NCBI GenBank assembly: GCA_965204755.1
Contig: OZ242011.1
Location: 1,536,001-1,600,000 of the forward strand
Length of the DNA: 64,000 nt
DNA from: Candidatus Marinacidobacterium sp.
Lineage (GTDB): Bacteria > Acidobacteriota > Vicinamibacteria > Marinacidobacterales > Marinacidobacteraceae
Direction: 5' to 3'
Shown: one piece after another, positions 29,913 to 39,731 of the stretch
Numbering within the stretch: the first letter of the stretch is position 1
How the letters are laid out: each line of letters begins with the position of its first letter
Made by a program: the position numbers and the translations under genes
The notes under the pieces: model-generated
Told to the model about the DNA's origin: nothing
The model's database searches: none
What the model saw: the letters and a program-made list of their open reading frames with translations, nothing else

Positions 29913-31609
29913 CCCGGAATCCGCCGGCGCCGGCGAAGGCGGGCGCGCCCGCCGGCGCGTACCGCCGCGCCTTCCGGCTGGCGCTTCCCTACTGGAGGCG
30001 GCTCTCCGGGACGCTCGTCCTGTCGCTGGCGGCGGCGCTGCCCGGGCTGCTGTGGCCGCTGCTGCTGCGTCCGCTGGTGGACGACGCCCTGCTCGGCGGT
30101 CAACTGCGCCTGCTCGCCGGGCTGGCGGGGCTGATGGCGGCGATGCAGATCGGCGGTTTCGTCCTCACCTCGTTCGTCGGCTACCGGTATGTGCGGATTT
30201 CCGCCGAGGCGCTGTTCGCCCTGCGGCTTTCCGTGTTCCGGCATCTGCAGCGCCTGTCTCCCCGGTTCTTCGCCCGGGCGCGCACTGGCGACATCCTCTC
30301 CCGGCTGAACGGCGATGTCTCGGAACTGCAGCGGACCGCGGGCGACCTGCCGCTGTCCTTGGTCTCCAACCTCTTCGGCTTGGTCGTCGCGCTCGCCGCG
30401 CTGCTCTGGCTGGCGCCGGCGCTGCTCCTGCCTCCGCTGCTCGCGTTGCCGTTCGCGGCGTTTTCCCTGTGGAAGTGGCGCGAACGGGTCACGCGGCAGA
30501 ACCGGGAACTGCGCGAAGCGAGCGCCTCCGTCGGCAGCGCGCTCGTCGAGTCGGTCCTCGGGATGCGCCAAACCGTCGCCTTCCGGCAGGAAGAACGCGA
30601 AGCGGAGCGGTTTCGCGCCGAGAACGACGGCTTCATCCGCGTGCTGCTGCGCTCGCGCATCACCACCTACGCGGCGTCCGGGATTCCGTCGGGACTCGTT
30701 TCCCTGGCGGGCGCCGCGGCATTCCTCTACGGCGGCGCTCTCGTGATCTCCGGGGAGATGACGCTGGGAACGCTGGGCGCGGCGATGATGTACCAAACCC
30801 GCCTCTTCGGCCCGGTGCAGGGCGTGCTCGGGCAATACCTCGGGCTGCGCGCCGCGCGGGCGTCGTTCGAGCGGGTGTTCGAGTTGCTGGACGAACCGGC
30901 CGGAGTGGAGCCGCCGACCCGCCCGGCGCCGTTCCCGCAGCCGCCGGGGCCGCTGACCGTCGAGCGGGTTTCGCTCTCGTTCGAACGCGGCGGCCCGCCG
31001 GTGTTCGCCGGCGCCGACCTGACCCTGCCGGAGCGGTCGTTGACCGTGCTCGTCGGCCCGACGGGAGTCGGGAAGACGACGCTCACCGATCTCCTCCTGC
31101 GCCGCGCCGACCCCGACTCGGGCCGGATCGTCTGGGGCGGCGCCGACATCCGCGAGTTGGGATTGGAAGACCTGCGGTCGCGGATGGCGGTCGCCGAGCA
31201 GGACCCCTTCCTCTGGAACGCGACCATCGCGGAGAACATCCGCTACGGGCGGCCCGGCGCTTCGGACCCGGAGGTCGCCGAAGCCGTGCGGCTGGTCGCG
31301 CTCGACGAGTTCACGGACTCGCTCCCGGAGGGATTGGAGACCGTGGTGGGCGAACGCGGACAGCAACTCTCCGCCGGCCAGCGCCAACGCATCGCCGCCG
31401 CCCGCGCCGTCCTGGTGGCCCCGGCGCTCGTCGTCCTGGACGAACCCACCTCCGCGCTCGACGAGGCCACGGAGGCGTTGCTGGTGGAACGGCTGACGCC
31501 GTGGCTGCGGAAGCGGATCGCGCTGGTGATGACTCATCGCCCGGCATTCGTCCAAGCCGCCGACCGCGTATGGCGCCTGGAGGACGGCCGCATCGAACCG
31601 GCGCCGTGA
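29909..31609 (+). CDS. qhpF: ABC exporter (TMD+NBD), QhpF-like
   Basis: GPTGVGKTT, LSAGQRQR, LDEPTSALD; frame stays open back to CTG 29909 overlapping the qhpB stop; start uncertain. Confidence 0.85.
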   Translation: MTRNPPAPAKAGAPAGAYRRAFRLALPYWRRLSGTLVLSLAAALPGLLWPLLLRPLVDDALLGGQLRLLAGLAGLMAAMQIGGFVLTSFVGYRYVRISAEALFALRLSVFRHLQRLSPRFFARARTGDILSRLNGDVSELQRTAGDLPLSLVSNLFGLVVALAALLWLAPALLLPPLLALPFAAFSLWKWRERVTRQNRELREASASVGSALVESVLGMRQTVAFRQEEREAERFRAENDGFIRVLLRSRITTYAASGIPSGLVSLAGAAAFLYGGALVISGEMTLGTLGAAMMYQTRLFGPVQGVLGQYLGLRAARASFERVFELLDEPAGVEPPTRPAPFPQPPGPLTVERVSLSFERGGPPVFAGADLTLPERSLTVLVGPTGVGKTTLTDLLLRRADPDSGRIVWGGADIRELGLEDLRSRMAVAEQDPFLWNATIAENIRYGRPGASDPEVAEAVRLVALDEFTDSLPEGLETVVGERGQQLSAGQRQRIAAARAVLVAPALVVLDEPTSALDEATEALLVERLTPWLRKRIALVMTHRPAFVQAADRVWRLEDGRIEPAP

Positions 31610-32361
31610 CCGAGGCGGCCCGACGGGAAGCGGGCGGTCCGCCCGGCCCCGCGTTGTCGCCGCCGCTGACGATCGCGGTCGTGGACAGCGGCATCAACCC
31701 GACGCACCCGCAGGTCGGGCCGGTCGCCGGCGGCGTTCGAATCGCCCTCGTCGAGGGCGAAGTCCGTTACGCGGACGACTGGCGCGACGGCCTCGGCCAC
31801 GGCACCGCTGTCGCCGCCGCGATCTCCGAAGACCTGCCGGAGGAAGGCTGGCGGCTGCTTTCCGTCCGCGTCTTCGGCCGCCGCCTGGAAGCCCCCTCGG
31901 AATGCCTCGCCGCGGGAATCCGCTGGGCGGCGAAACACCGGGCGCGCCTCGTGAACCTCAGCGCCGGAATCCCGCTCGGCTCCGACCCCGCCGGGGAAGC
32001 GCTGCTGGCCGAAGCCTGCGTCGAAGCGGCCCGCGCCCGCCTCACGATCCTCGCCCCCCGCCGCTCCGGCGAAACCCCACTCGCCCCGGGCGCGCTCGCC
32101 GGGATCCCGGGGATCATCGCCGTGGAGGCCGATCCCGCTATCCCCCGCCGCGAAGTCGCCCGCCGCGGCCCCGCGCTCGCCGCCTCCCCCTGGGCCCGCC
32201 CCCTGCCGCCCCTCCCGAAGGAGAACAACTTCTCCGGCGTCAGCCTCGCCGTCGCCGCCGTCACCAACTACGCCGCCCGCCTCACGCTGGCCGAAGGAAC
32301 GAACCACCCCGGAAGCCTCGACCTTCTCCCCGAAACGCCCGCCTTCCTCCCGAAACCCTGA
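31606..32361 (+). CDS. qhpE: Subtilisin-like S8 leader peptidase, QhpE-like
   Basis: VVDSG, GHGTAVA, FSGVSLA catalytic triad; GTGA overlap. Confidence 0.85.
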   Translation: MTEAARREAGGPPGPALSPPLTIAVVDSGINPTHPQVGPVAGGVRIALVEGEVRYADDWRDGLGHGTAVAAAISEDLPEEGWRLLSVRVFGRRLEAPSECLAAGIRWAAKHRARLVNLSAGIPLGSDPAGEALLAEACVEAARARLTILAPRRSGETPLAPGALAGIPGIIAVEADPAIPRREVARRGPALAASPWARPLPPLPKENNFSGVSLAVAAVTNYAARLTLAEGTNHPGSLDLLPETPAFLPKP

Positions 32362-32535
32362 GCGCCGGCGCCCCTCCTGCCGGATGAGGGGGAACACGCG
32401 GTGGAGATCCCATGACCCGGGCACGAGCGTCGCGCGGTGCTCATCCAGGCGAACCGGCTCCATCCATGTTGAAGGCCCGCATCACCCGAGACTGTCGCGC
32501 CACCACCCGCCCCGCGCCCGGCCGCCCGCCCCGGT

Positions 32536-34134
32536 CTACATCCCCCAGATGGTGATCGGGAAGCCGTCCCGCTCCGCCTCCCGCCGGTAGATCTTCTCCG
32601 CCCAAGACCGCTCTTCGCTTCGGTCGAAAATCACCAAGTGGCCCGCCTTCGCGCCGCTCCGGTCCATGTAAGCCGCCGTCTGTTCCAAACCCTCCCGCTC
32701 GGTCGTCTCCCGGCCCCGGCGCAGCACCTTGCACTCCACCACGAACCGGTCCCGGCGCCCTTCGCCCCGCGGCCACTCCAGCAGCAGGTCGGCCCGATGC
32801 CGTCCCAGCCCGTACTCCCGCTCCACCCGCCCCCCGCCGTTCACGATCCGCTGGCAGAACGCCTGCAGCAGCAGGTGCGGGCCGGCTTCCGCGTAGTCGA
32901 AGCGCCCTGCCCAGTGCTCCGAGTTCTGCCGGAAGTAGTCCCGGAACCGCGACAGCAACTCCTCCACATCCAGAGCGCCGTCCTCCGTCACGAACCAGTA
33001 TGTCTCCTGCGTGAGTTTCGACTGCACCTTACGCGTCAACTCGCGCGGAACGACCTCGCGGTAGATGGGATTCGCCATCCGCACCGGGTCGTCGCGGGCG
33101 ATCAGGCCGAGGTCCCGCACATAGTCCGTGTCCTCGGCGGTGGCGTCGTCCACGCTCGCCCCGATGAGCAGCGGCTCGATGACCCGGCGCACGCGGTCCT
33201 CCTGCAACTTCGCGGCGAGTTGGTCGATATGCGTGTCGCGCCGGAGGATCAGCGCTTCGCGGGCCGCGAGGATGCTCTCCGCCGTGATGGGCCGGCTCCG
33301 GTCGCGGCCGGCCTCGTTCTCGAAGCACGCCTCGTTGGCGAGCGCGTTCACCAGCCACGGTTGCCCTTGCGTCTGCTCCCGGACCGTATCCAACGCCCCC
33401 GGCTCGAACTCCTGCCCGGTCTCCTCCGTGTGCTGGGCGTACAGGGCGCGGATCTCCGCATCGCCGAAGTCCCCGAGGCGCAGCGACTTCGCCTTGATGT
33501 TGAACGCGCTTCCCCCGCCGGTCTTCTTCTTGCCGGGGTCGAACTGCATCCGGTAGTCGCGCACATCCCGCACGCCGCACAGGACTACGCTCTGCGGAAA
33601 GGCCCCGCTGCGATTGGAGAAGCCGGAACGGATGGAGTAGCCGGAACGGAGTTGGCGCAACAGCGAAATCAGACTGTCGCCGACGAGCGTGTCCACTTCG
33701 TCCAGGAGCAACACCAGCGGCTTCGGGGACGCCAGCGACCAGCGCGTCAACGCCTCGGCGAAGGCGCTGCCGGGCCCGACTTCGGCCAGGACTTCCGGCC
33801 AGATGCGATGGAACTCGCCGCCGCCTCCGGGCCGCTCCCCGCGAGCCACCGCGACCAGCACGGCGCGGATGGCCCCTTCCAGGTCCTCGCGCATTGCCTC
33901 CGCCTCCTCGAGGTTCGCGTACACGCACCGCAACGGCCCGGCCGCTCCTTCGTTCAACCGGTCGCACAGCGCCAGCAGCGTCGTGGTCTTCCCGGTTTGC
34001 CGCGGTGCGTGGAGGACGAAGTACTTCTTCAGCCGGACGAGCCTCAGAAGGTCATCGAGGTCCACCCGCTCGAGCGGCGGGACGAGGTAGTGCTCCTCGG
34101 GAAACACCGGCCCCGAAGTGTTGAAGTGACGCAT
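32536..34134 (-). CDS. AAA+ ATPase with C-terminal PD-(D/E)XK-like domain
   Basis: FNTSGP, APRQTGKTT, LLLDEVD, GQPWLVNAL, RADL...VVECK. Confidence 0.85.
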   Translation of the reverse strand: MRHFNTSGPVFPEEHYLVPPLERVDLDDLLRLVRLKKYFVLHAPRQTGKTTTLLALCDRLNEGAAGPLRCVYANLEEAEAMREDLEGAIRAVLVAVARGERPGGGGEFHRIWPEVLAEVGPGSAFAEALTRWSLASPKPLVLLLDEVDTLVGDSLISLLRQLRSGYSIRSGFSNRSGAFPQSVVLCGVRDVRDYRMQFDPGKKKTGGGSAFNIKAKSLRLGDFGDAEIRALYAQHTEETGQEFEPGALDTVREQTQGQPWLVNALANEACFENEAGRDRSRPITAESILAAREALILRRDTHIDQLAAKLQEDRVRRVIEPLLIGASVDDATAEDTDYVRDLGLIARDDPVRMANPIYREVVPRELTRKVQSKLTQETYWFVTEDGALDVEELLSRFRDYFRQNSEHWAGRFDYAEAGPHLLLQAFCQRIVNGGGRVEREYGLGRHRADLLLEWPRGEGRRDRFVVECKVLRRGRETTEREGLEQTAAYMDRSGAKAGHLVIFDRSEERSWAEKIYRREAERDGFPITIWGM

Positions 34135-34163
34135 CGCCCGCGATTATCGCGCCCCACTCTGCT

Positions 34164-34285
34164 CCGCGCCCGGCGGCCCGCCCCGGCCGGCATCGCCCCG
34201 ATGATGATCGGGAAGTCGTCCCGCTCCGCCTCCCGCCGGGAGATCCTCTCCTCCCACGATTGTCCCCGCTCCGGTCGAAGATCGA
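34164..34285 (-). repeat. Degenerate direct copy of the ATPase 3' end and flank (about 32512-32634)
   Basis: Shared ATCGGGAAG.CGTCCCGCTCCGCCTCCCGCCGG.AGATC and flanking sequence. Confidence 0.8.
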
Positions 34286-34313
34286 CAGCGCCCCGACGCC
34301 GCCCCCGACGGTC

Positions 34314-35594
34314 TCACGCCGTCACCCGCGCCGCGGTGGCGCGTTCCCGCTCGCCGTGCTCGAACGCGGAGGCCAGGCGATCCTGCTCCCCGCGGGACAA
34401 GCCGAAACGCACCGCCTCCTCGCGCCAGCCGCCCGCCGCCGACGCGGCCTCGGCCGCGACCTCCCGGGCGCGGCGGGGGCCGAGCCCGTAGTAAGCCGCC
34501 GTCCCGAAGGCGAGTTCCAACGAGGCGCGAGCATCGTCGCCGACGATCGCGGTCGTCAGGAATCGCCCGCCCTCCTCGGCCGGCGTCGGGTTCAGGTCGT
34601 AGGCCGGGGAGAGCCGCCAGCCGCCCGGCGCGCGAAGGAACCCGTGGTTGCGGAGGTGGTCGTCGTGATTCGAGATCAACACCGTGAAGACGATGCGCCG
34701 CCAGAGTTCCGCCAAATCGGCCGCGGGCTCTGCCCCGTACCGGCGGACCGCCTCCGCGATTTCGGTGTACGCCCGCCGGTCGTGCTCGACGGCCCCGAGC
34801 ATGGTCATCGCCGAGAGGAAGGGGATGCGCCGGCCGGAGTCGCGGTCGAACCTGCGGAGGACGAGGACGGCGCGGCCGTCCGCCCGCTCGACGCGGAAGC
34901 GAGTCGCACGGATTCCCGCCCGCTCCGCCAGCGAGAGCGCCACCGCTTCCCACCGCGTGACCTCCCACTCGTCCGCCGCCCGCGGAAACTTGGCCATGGC
35001 GAGGCCGCCGTCCGGTTCCCGAACCGACGCCTTCGGCCGCGCGCCGCCCAACGACGAACCCGGAGCCAGCAGGACCGCCAAGTCGCTCCCGCCGTCGTCG
35101 TCGCCGGACTCCACGCGCTCGGCGGCCCCCAGCAGCCGGGGCAACTCGACGAGCGGCGGGATCCTCGAAGGGCCCGGCGGCGCGAGGAACGGCCCGTCCG
35201 GCCCCTCCGTGAACCGGACGGCGCCCTGCCGCGTCTCGTCGTCGCACCCGAGCAGGTAGTCCGCCTCCGTGAGCCGCCGCGGCGTCCCTCCCGCGAGCGC
35301 GGCCCGAAGCGCTTCCGCTCGCTGCAGCAGTCGCCGACCCCACCGATCCGGGGCGGCGTCGGAGAAGACTCCGAAGACCTCCTGCTCCTGCCCCGTGTGG
35401 AACGCCGCGCGACGCAGATCGAGAGCCGGTTCGATCGCGAATCTCCCGGAATGGGCGAGCCAGTCGGGTTCGTAGAGGAAGGAAGCGCTCTCCCGCCGCC
35501 GTCGGGTGCGAAGCCACAGTTGGCCCACGGCCCCGCGGAAGCCCCCGTAGTCCAAGTGGACGAAGACCCGCCGATCCATCGGGGCCCCGTCCAC
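34314..35594 (-). CDS. hipA: HipA-family kinase toxin
   Basis: DAAPDRWGR, GSSLGGARPKASV, AKFP, RRFDR, N.DDHLRNHGF, LSPAYDLNP. Confidence 0.93.
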   Translation of the reverse strand: MDGAPMDRRVFVHLDYGGFRGAVGQLWLRTRRRRESASFLYEPDWLAHSGRFAIEPALDLRRAAFHTGQEQEVFGVFSDAAPDRWGRRLLQRAEALRAALAGGTPRRLTEADYLLGCDDETRQGAVRFTEGPDGPFLAPPGPSRIPPLVELPRLLGAAERVESGDDDGGSDLAVLLAPGSSLGGARPKASVREPDGGLAMAKFPRAADEWEVTRWEAVALSLAERAGIRATRFRVERADGRAVLVLRRFDRDSGRRIPFLSAMTMLGAVEHDRRAYTEIAEAVRRYGAEPAADLAELWRRIVFTVLISNHDDHLRNHGFLRAPGGWRLSPAYDLNPTPAEEGGRFLTTAIVGDDARASLELAFGTAAYYGLGPRRAREVAAEAASAAGGWREEAVRFGLSRGEQDRLASAFEHGERERATAARVTA

Positions 35595-35611
35595 TCGAAG
35601 AACCCGACCGG

Positions 35612-35932
35612 TCAGAACAGCCGCTTCGGGGAATGGATGCGCCGGGGAAGACGCTCCGCCTCCAGGTCGAGCCCCACTCCATCGTGCCCCGGGTCGGCCA
35701 GGGCCGAGAGCCCGCGTTCGAGTCCCAGGACGAAGAGGACCCGCGCATAGTTGCCGAGCGAGACGCCCGGATCTCCGCGCTCGATCCGGTAGAGCGTCGT
35801 CCGGCTCAACATCGCCCGCTGGGCCATGAGCGCGGTGGGGATACGCCGCCGACGCCGGGCGTCCCGGAGGTCGGCGCCCAGCGTCCGAAGGATCGAGACG
35901 ACCGGCAGGGGAAGAGTCCCGGTCGAATCCAT
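35612..35932 (-). CDS. XRE HTH antitoxin (HipB-like)
   Basis: LRDARRRRR...SRTTLYRIERGDPGVSLG.Y; directly upstream of hipA. Confidence 0.88.
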   Translation of the reverse strand: MDSTGTLPLPVVSILRTLGADLRDARRRRRIPTALMAQRAMLSRTTLYRIERGDPGVSLGNYARVLFVLGLERGLSALADPGHDGVGLDLEAERLPRRIHSPKRLF

Positions 35933-35935
35933 TAT

Positions 35936-35984
35936 TGTCCGGAATATACTACTTTCTCTATTATTTCGTTCTATATTCAGAACA
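35936..35984 (-). promoter_or_regulatory. AT-rich hipBA promoter with inverted-repeat operator
   Basis: TGTCCGGAATATA ... TATATTCAGAACA, inverted match at 11 of 13 positions. Confidence 0.6.
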
Positions 35985-36224
35985 CTATTTCTTCTTCGCG
36001 ATCGCGAGGATCGCCGCCGGTGGAAGGGCGGCGCCCCGGGCCGAGTCGGTTCCCGCCCCCGCCTCTCACCCCGTTCGCGCCGACGGATCGCGCCGCCGTA
36101 ATCCGCCTCTCTCCCCGCCGAGAAAACAGCGGGTGTCCGGCCCCGACGGCGCGCCTCCTTGGTGCGCCCCACGATTTCCGTGGACAATCTTTTGGGGCGC
36201 GGAGCGCCCGGAAAGGAGCGTGCG

Positions 36225-36551
36225 ATGAGCACCCGGAAACAGGATCGAGGGCGGTTCTCCTCGAAGCGGAAGATGGAGGCGGTGGTCCGGCTTCTGGGCG
36301 GGGAGGACTTGGACCTTCTCTCCCGGGAGTTGGGGGTCACGGCCGGGAAGCTCTCGGAGTGGCGGGACGCCTTCCTGGCGAGCGGGCAGGCCGGGCTGAA
36401 GAGCCGTCCGGGGGACGGCCGGGACGAGGAGATCCGGGCGTTGAAGGCGATGGTGGGCGACCTGACCATGCGGTTGGAGTTGTCGCAGGAGGCGGTTCGG
36501 CGGATGAAGGGGTATGCGCCCCCTTTTGTGCCGAGGAGGCCGACGCGATGA
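36225..36551 (+). CDS. IS3 OrfA (HTH)
   Basis: RFSSKRKMEAVVRLL.GEDL..LSRELGV; SD sequence AAGGAG. Confidence 0.88.
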   Translation: MSTRKQDRGRFSSKRKMEAVVRLLGGEDLDLLSRELGVTAGKLSEWRDAFLASGQAGLKSRPGDGRDEEIRALKAMVGDLTMRLELSQEAVRRMKGYAPPFVPRRPTR

Positions 36552-37441
36552 GCCACGCGTGTTCGGTCTCCACCCGGCGTCCCTACGGCGTGGCTCGGGT
36601 GTGCGGGGAGTGGCAGGTCGCCCGTTCCTCGTTCTACCTGGACCGGCGGCGGAAGTCGTCGGCTCCGGCGGAGCCGCCCCGGCGGCGGGGGCCGAAGACC
36701 CGGTTCACCGACGCGCAGTTGACCGAGCGGATCCGGGAGGAGATCGCCTCGTCGCCGTTCTCGGGGGAGGGGCACCGGAAGGTGTGGGCGCGGCTGCGGG
36801 CGCGGGAGGTGCGGGCCGGCAAGCCCCGGGTGCTGCGCCTGATGCGGGAGGCGGGCCTGCTGGCGCCGCAACGCGGCGGCGGCCCCCGCGGCCCCCGCCA
36901 CCACACCGGAACCATCCGCACCGAGGCGCCGGATGTGATGTGGGGCACCGACGCCACCTCCACCGCCACCCTCCGGGACGGCCAGGTGACGGTCTTCGTC
37001 GCGGTGGACCACTGCACCAGCGAACTGGTCGGGATCCATGCCTCCCGCCGCGCTACCCGCTTCGAGGCCCTGGAACCCATCCTCCAGGGCGTCCGCGCCC
37101 GCTTCGGCGGAGTCCGCGACCGCGCCGCCGCCGGTCTCGCCATCCGCCACGACCACGGCTCCCAGTACATGAGCCGCGACTTCCAGAACGAGATCGCCTT
37201 CCTCGGCGCCGAGTCCAGCCCCTCCTTCGTCCGCGCCCCCGAAGGCAACGGCATCGCCGAGCGCTTCATCCGAACCCTCAAGGAGCAGGTCCTCTGGGTC
37301 CGGGACTTCGACTCCGCCGAAGACCTCCGCCTCGCCCTCCTCGAATGGCGCGACCTCTACAACCGGGAGTGGCTCGTTCAGCGCCACGGCCATCGAACCC
37401 CTTCCCAGGTGCGCCGCGACACCCTCGCCGAGGCCGCCTGA
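36548..37441 (+). CDS. IS3 OrfB DDE transposase
   Basis: WGTDAT, DHGSQY, NGIAERFIRTLKE; ATGA overlap with orfA. Confidence 0.92.
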   Translation: MSHACSVSTRRPYGVARVCGEWQVARSSFYLDRRRKSSAPAEPPRRRGPKTRFTDAQLTERIREEIASSPFSGEGHRKVWARLRAREVRAGKPRVLRLMREAGLLAPQRGGGPRGPRHHTGTIRTEAPDVMWGTDATSTATLRDGQVTVFVAVDHCTSELVGIHASRRATRFEALEPILQGVRARFGGVRDRAAAGLAIRHDHGSQYMSRDFQNEIAFLGAESSPSFVRAPEGNGIAERFIRTLKEQVLWVRDFDSAEDLRLALLEWRDLYNREWLVQRHGHRTPSQVRRDTLAEAA

Positions 37442-37695
37442 TTACCCCTTATTCAATGTCCAAGAATCAAGGGGCAGTCCACTCCTTCCCCGGCCCCCGA
37501 CCCATACACTCCCGACCGGCTGACGGCCCTCCCTCGCCGGACGCTCGGTCCGCACCCGTCCTGAAGACGACCACCCGTTCCCCGGTGCGCCACCTCCATC
37601 CACCGCTCCACCACCCCGCCCGACCCTCAGCAGCGGCGCGAGTCGCCGCCGGCGGCCGACGCGCGCTACCCGACTCCGTCCGCCCCAATCCGCGA

Positions 37696-38796
37696 ATGCG
37701 GAACCGCCGGGCCGTTCCCGCTGCCACCGTCCTCCTCGCGCTCGCCGTCCCGGCCGGCGGCTACAAGTTCTATGGCGAGAATGTCTATTCCTTCACCTCG
37801 GGGCCGGCCGCGCGTTGGGCGCCGAACGACCTGCCGCTCCACTTCCGGCTGCTCGAGAACGAGCGCCTGCCCGAGGAACACTTGAGCGCCGCCGAGTGGC
37901 GCGAACTCGTCACCCGGGCCGTCGCCCACTGGACGAACATCCCCACTTCCACCATCGTGGCCATCCTCGACGAGGAACCCCTTGCTGCCGACCTCGCTGA
38001 CGCCGACGACGGCCTGAACACCATCGGCTTCACCGGCGACGAGTACTGGGAAGATTCCTACTACGCCGGGAGCGCTTTCGCCCGCCGGGAAGGCCGCCGG
38101 ATCGTCGGCTGCGATGTCCGGATCAGTCCCTGGATCTTCGACCGGTTCGACGAGCGGGCGATGGACAACCCCCAAAAGGAGATGGAGCGTCTCGGGTGGC
38201 TGGAGATGGTCGTCGCGCACGAAATCGGCCACTGCCTCGGCCTCGCGCACTCCGACTTGAACTCCACTTGGGAGGCGCGCCCGGGAACACCCGCCGCCAA
38301 CCGGGAAGGCTTCTACCCGGAAGGCGCAGCCGCGCTCCACGCCGATCCGATCATGTCCTACGGCGGCTGGCACGGCCTGCTGGGACTGACGCCGGACGAC
38401 ATCACCGGGATCTCCCTGCTGTACCCCACCCGGGAATTCACCGAATCCACTGGCGCCATCGGCGGCCGCTTGGTCTTCGCAGACGGCCGCGGCGTGCCGC
38501 ACGCCTATGTCCAGGTCATCTTCGCCGGATCGTTCGCCGGGCCCCACTTCGGCCCCGGTGTGTTGACCGACGCCTACGGCCAGTTCCTCGTCGAGGGCCT
38601 GCCTCCCGGCCGCCATCTGTTCTGGGCCCATCCTATCGGCGACCTGCTTTCCCAACTCCGCGCCTCCCGATGGGAATCGTCCGACCTGCTGGAAGCGCTC
38701 GAAGTCCGAGACCGCTGGTTCTGGGCGGAAGTCCGTGTCGGCCGGATCGACATCCTGCCGCCGTTGACCGTCTCGACGGGGAGGACTCCGTCGTGA
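37696..38796 (+). CDS. Secreted matrixin-like zinc metalloprotease with C-terminal beta-sandwich
   Basis: Signal peptide, HEIGHCLGLAH, Met-turn PIMSYG, TDAYGQFLVEGLPPG. Confidence 0.85.
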   Translation: MRNRRAVPAATVLLALAVPAGGYKFYGENVYSFTSGPAARWAPNDLPLHFRLLENERLPEEHLSAAEWRELVTRAVAHWTNIPTSTIVAILDEEPLAADLADADDGLNTIGFTGDEYWEDSYYAGSAFARREGRRIVGCDVRISPWIFDRFDERAMDNPQKEMERLGWLEMVVAHEIGHCLGLAHSDLNSTWEARPGTPAANREGFYPEGAAALHADPIMSYGGWHGLLGLTPDDITGISLLYPTREFTESTGAIGGRLVFADGRGVPHAYVQVIFAGSFAGPHFGPGVLTDAYGQFLVEGLPPGRHLFWAHPIGDLLSQLRASRWESSDLLEALEVRDRWFWAEVRVGRIDILPPLTVSTGRTPS

Positions 38797-39731
38797 CTCC
38801 CCGGACCCTCCACGCTCTCGCAGTCCCCGCCGGTACCGTCGCGCTCGCTGCCGCGGTCGGCTGCTCGAGCGCCGGAGGCGGCGCCGTTCCCGCTCCGCCG
38901 ACTCCGATGCCGGCGCCGACGCCATCCGCGCCCCCGGAACCGCCGGAAGAAGATCGACCGCTTCCCTTCGTGTGGGCCGGCGCGTTCTTCCTGCCCAACC
39001 GCACTCTGGAAGTCTCGGAGGGACAGACCGTCGCGCTCGAGATCCAGACCTTCTTCGGAAGGGATTTCACGGGTGGAGGCGAGCGTCCCGGAATCCCGAT
39101 CGGGATCGCCACCGACGCGCCGGAGGACCGGCTGTCCGTGCCCACGCAAGTGCGGGTCGGGGGCTACTACGAACCCGGAGTCGTCGAAATCACGGCGGGG
39201 AGTGCCGGCGGCGAAGTCTCCGACGAGTACCGGATCTGGCTGACCGAATCGACGGAACTGAACCTCGCGCCGGGTTTCGTGCTCGCGCTCGACCCCACTC
39301 CGATCCGCGTCCGGGTGCGGCGGGCGGAGACTCCCCCCGAACCCCGATGCATTCCCCCCGGTGTCGCCGTGGAACCGGACGCCTCACCCAAGGCCGGCGG
39401 CGCCATGGCAACGAGCGTCTTCGGCTACGACGGTCTCTCCTGGTGGTCGGGCGACTGGACCCTCCGTGTCCCGACCGGAGCGGCCGTCACTCTCGCTGCC
39501 CCCTACCGGAAACCTTTCGCCGCCGAACCGGAGGCCGCCCGTCTCGGAGAAGGGCTTCCCCCTCGTCCGGCGCTGCTCGCTTCGGCGTTCGGGATCGAGG
39601 AGACCGCCGCCGGCCTGGTGGAACAGACGATGCGCCTCGGCTGGTTCGCCGACCTCCGCCTCATCGTGGAGAGCCCCGGCTGTGAACCGGTCGAAGCCGC
39701 CTGCGTCGAGGGCCGCTGCTCCGTCCGTTGA
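38793..39731 (+). CDS. Hypothetical lipoprotein (protease partner 1)
   Basis: GTGA overlap, lipobox AVGC, Pro-rich linker, C-terminal C-x6-C-x4-C. Confidence 0.7.
   Translation: MTPRTLHALAVPAGTVALAAAVGCSSAGGGAVPAPPTPMPAPTPSAPPEPPEEDRPLPFVWAGAFFLPNRTLEVSEGQTVALEIQTFFGRDFTGGGERPGIPIGIATDAPEDRLSVPTQVRVGGYYEPGVVEITAGSAGGEVSDEYRIWLTESTELNLAPGFVLALDPTPIRVRVRRAETPPEPRCIPPGVAVEPDASPKAGGAMATSVFGYDGLSWWSGDWTLRVPTGAAVTLAAPYRKPFAAEPEAARLGEGLPPRPALLASAFGIEETAAGLVEQTMRLGWFADLRLIVESPGCEPVEAACVEGRCSVR

Larger units (their letters stand above)
36160..37481 (+). mobile_element. IS3-family insertion sequence, complete (1322 bp)
   Basis: TG...CA ends with imperfect IRs (TGGTGCGCCCC..TGGACA / TGTCCA..GGGGCAGTCCA); 5-bp target duplication CTCCT at 36155-59 and 37482-86. 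Confidence 0.92.
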
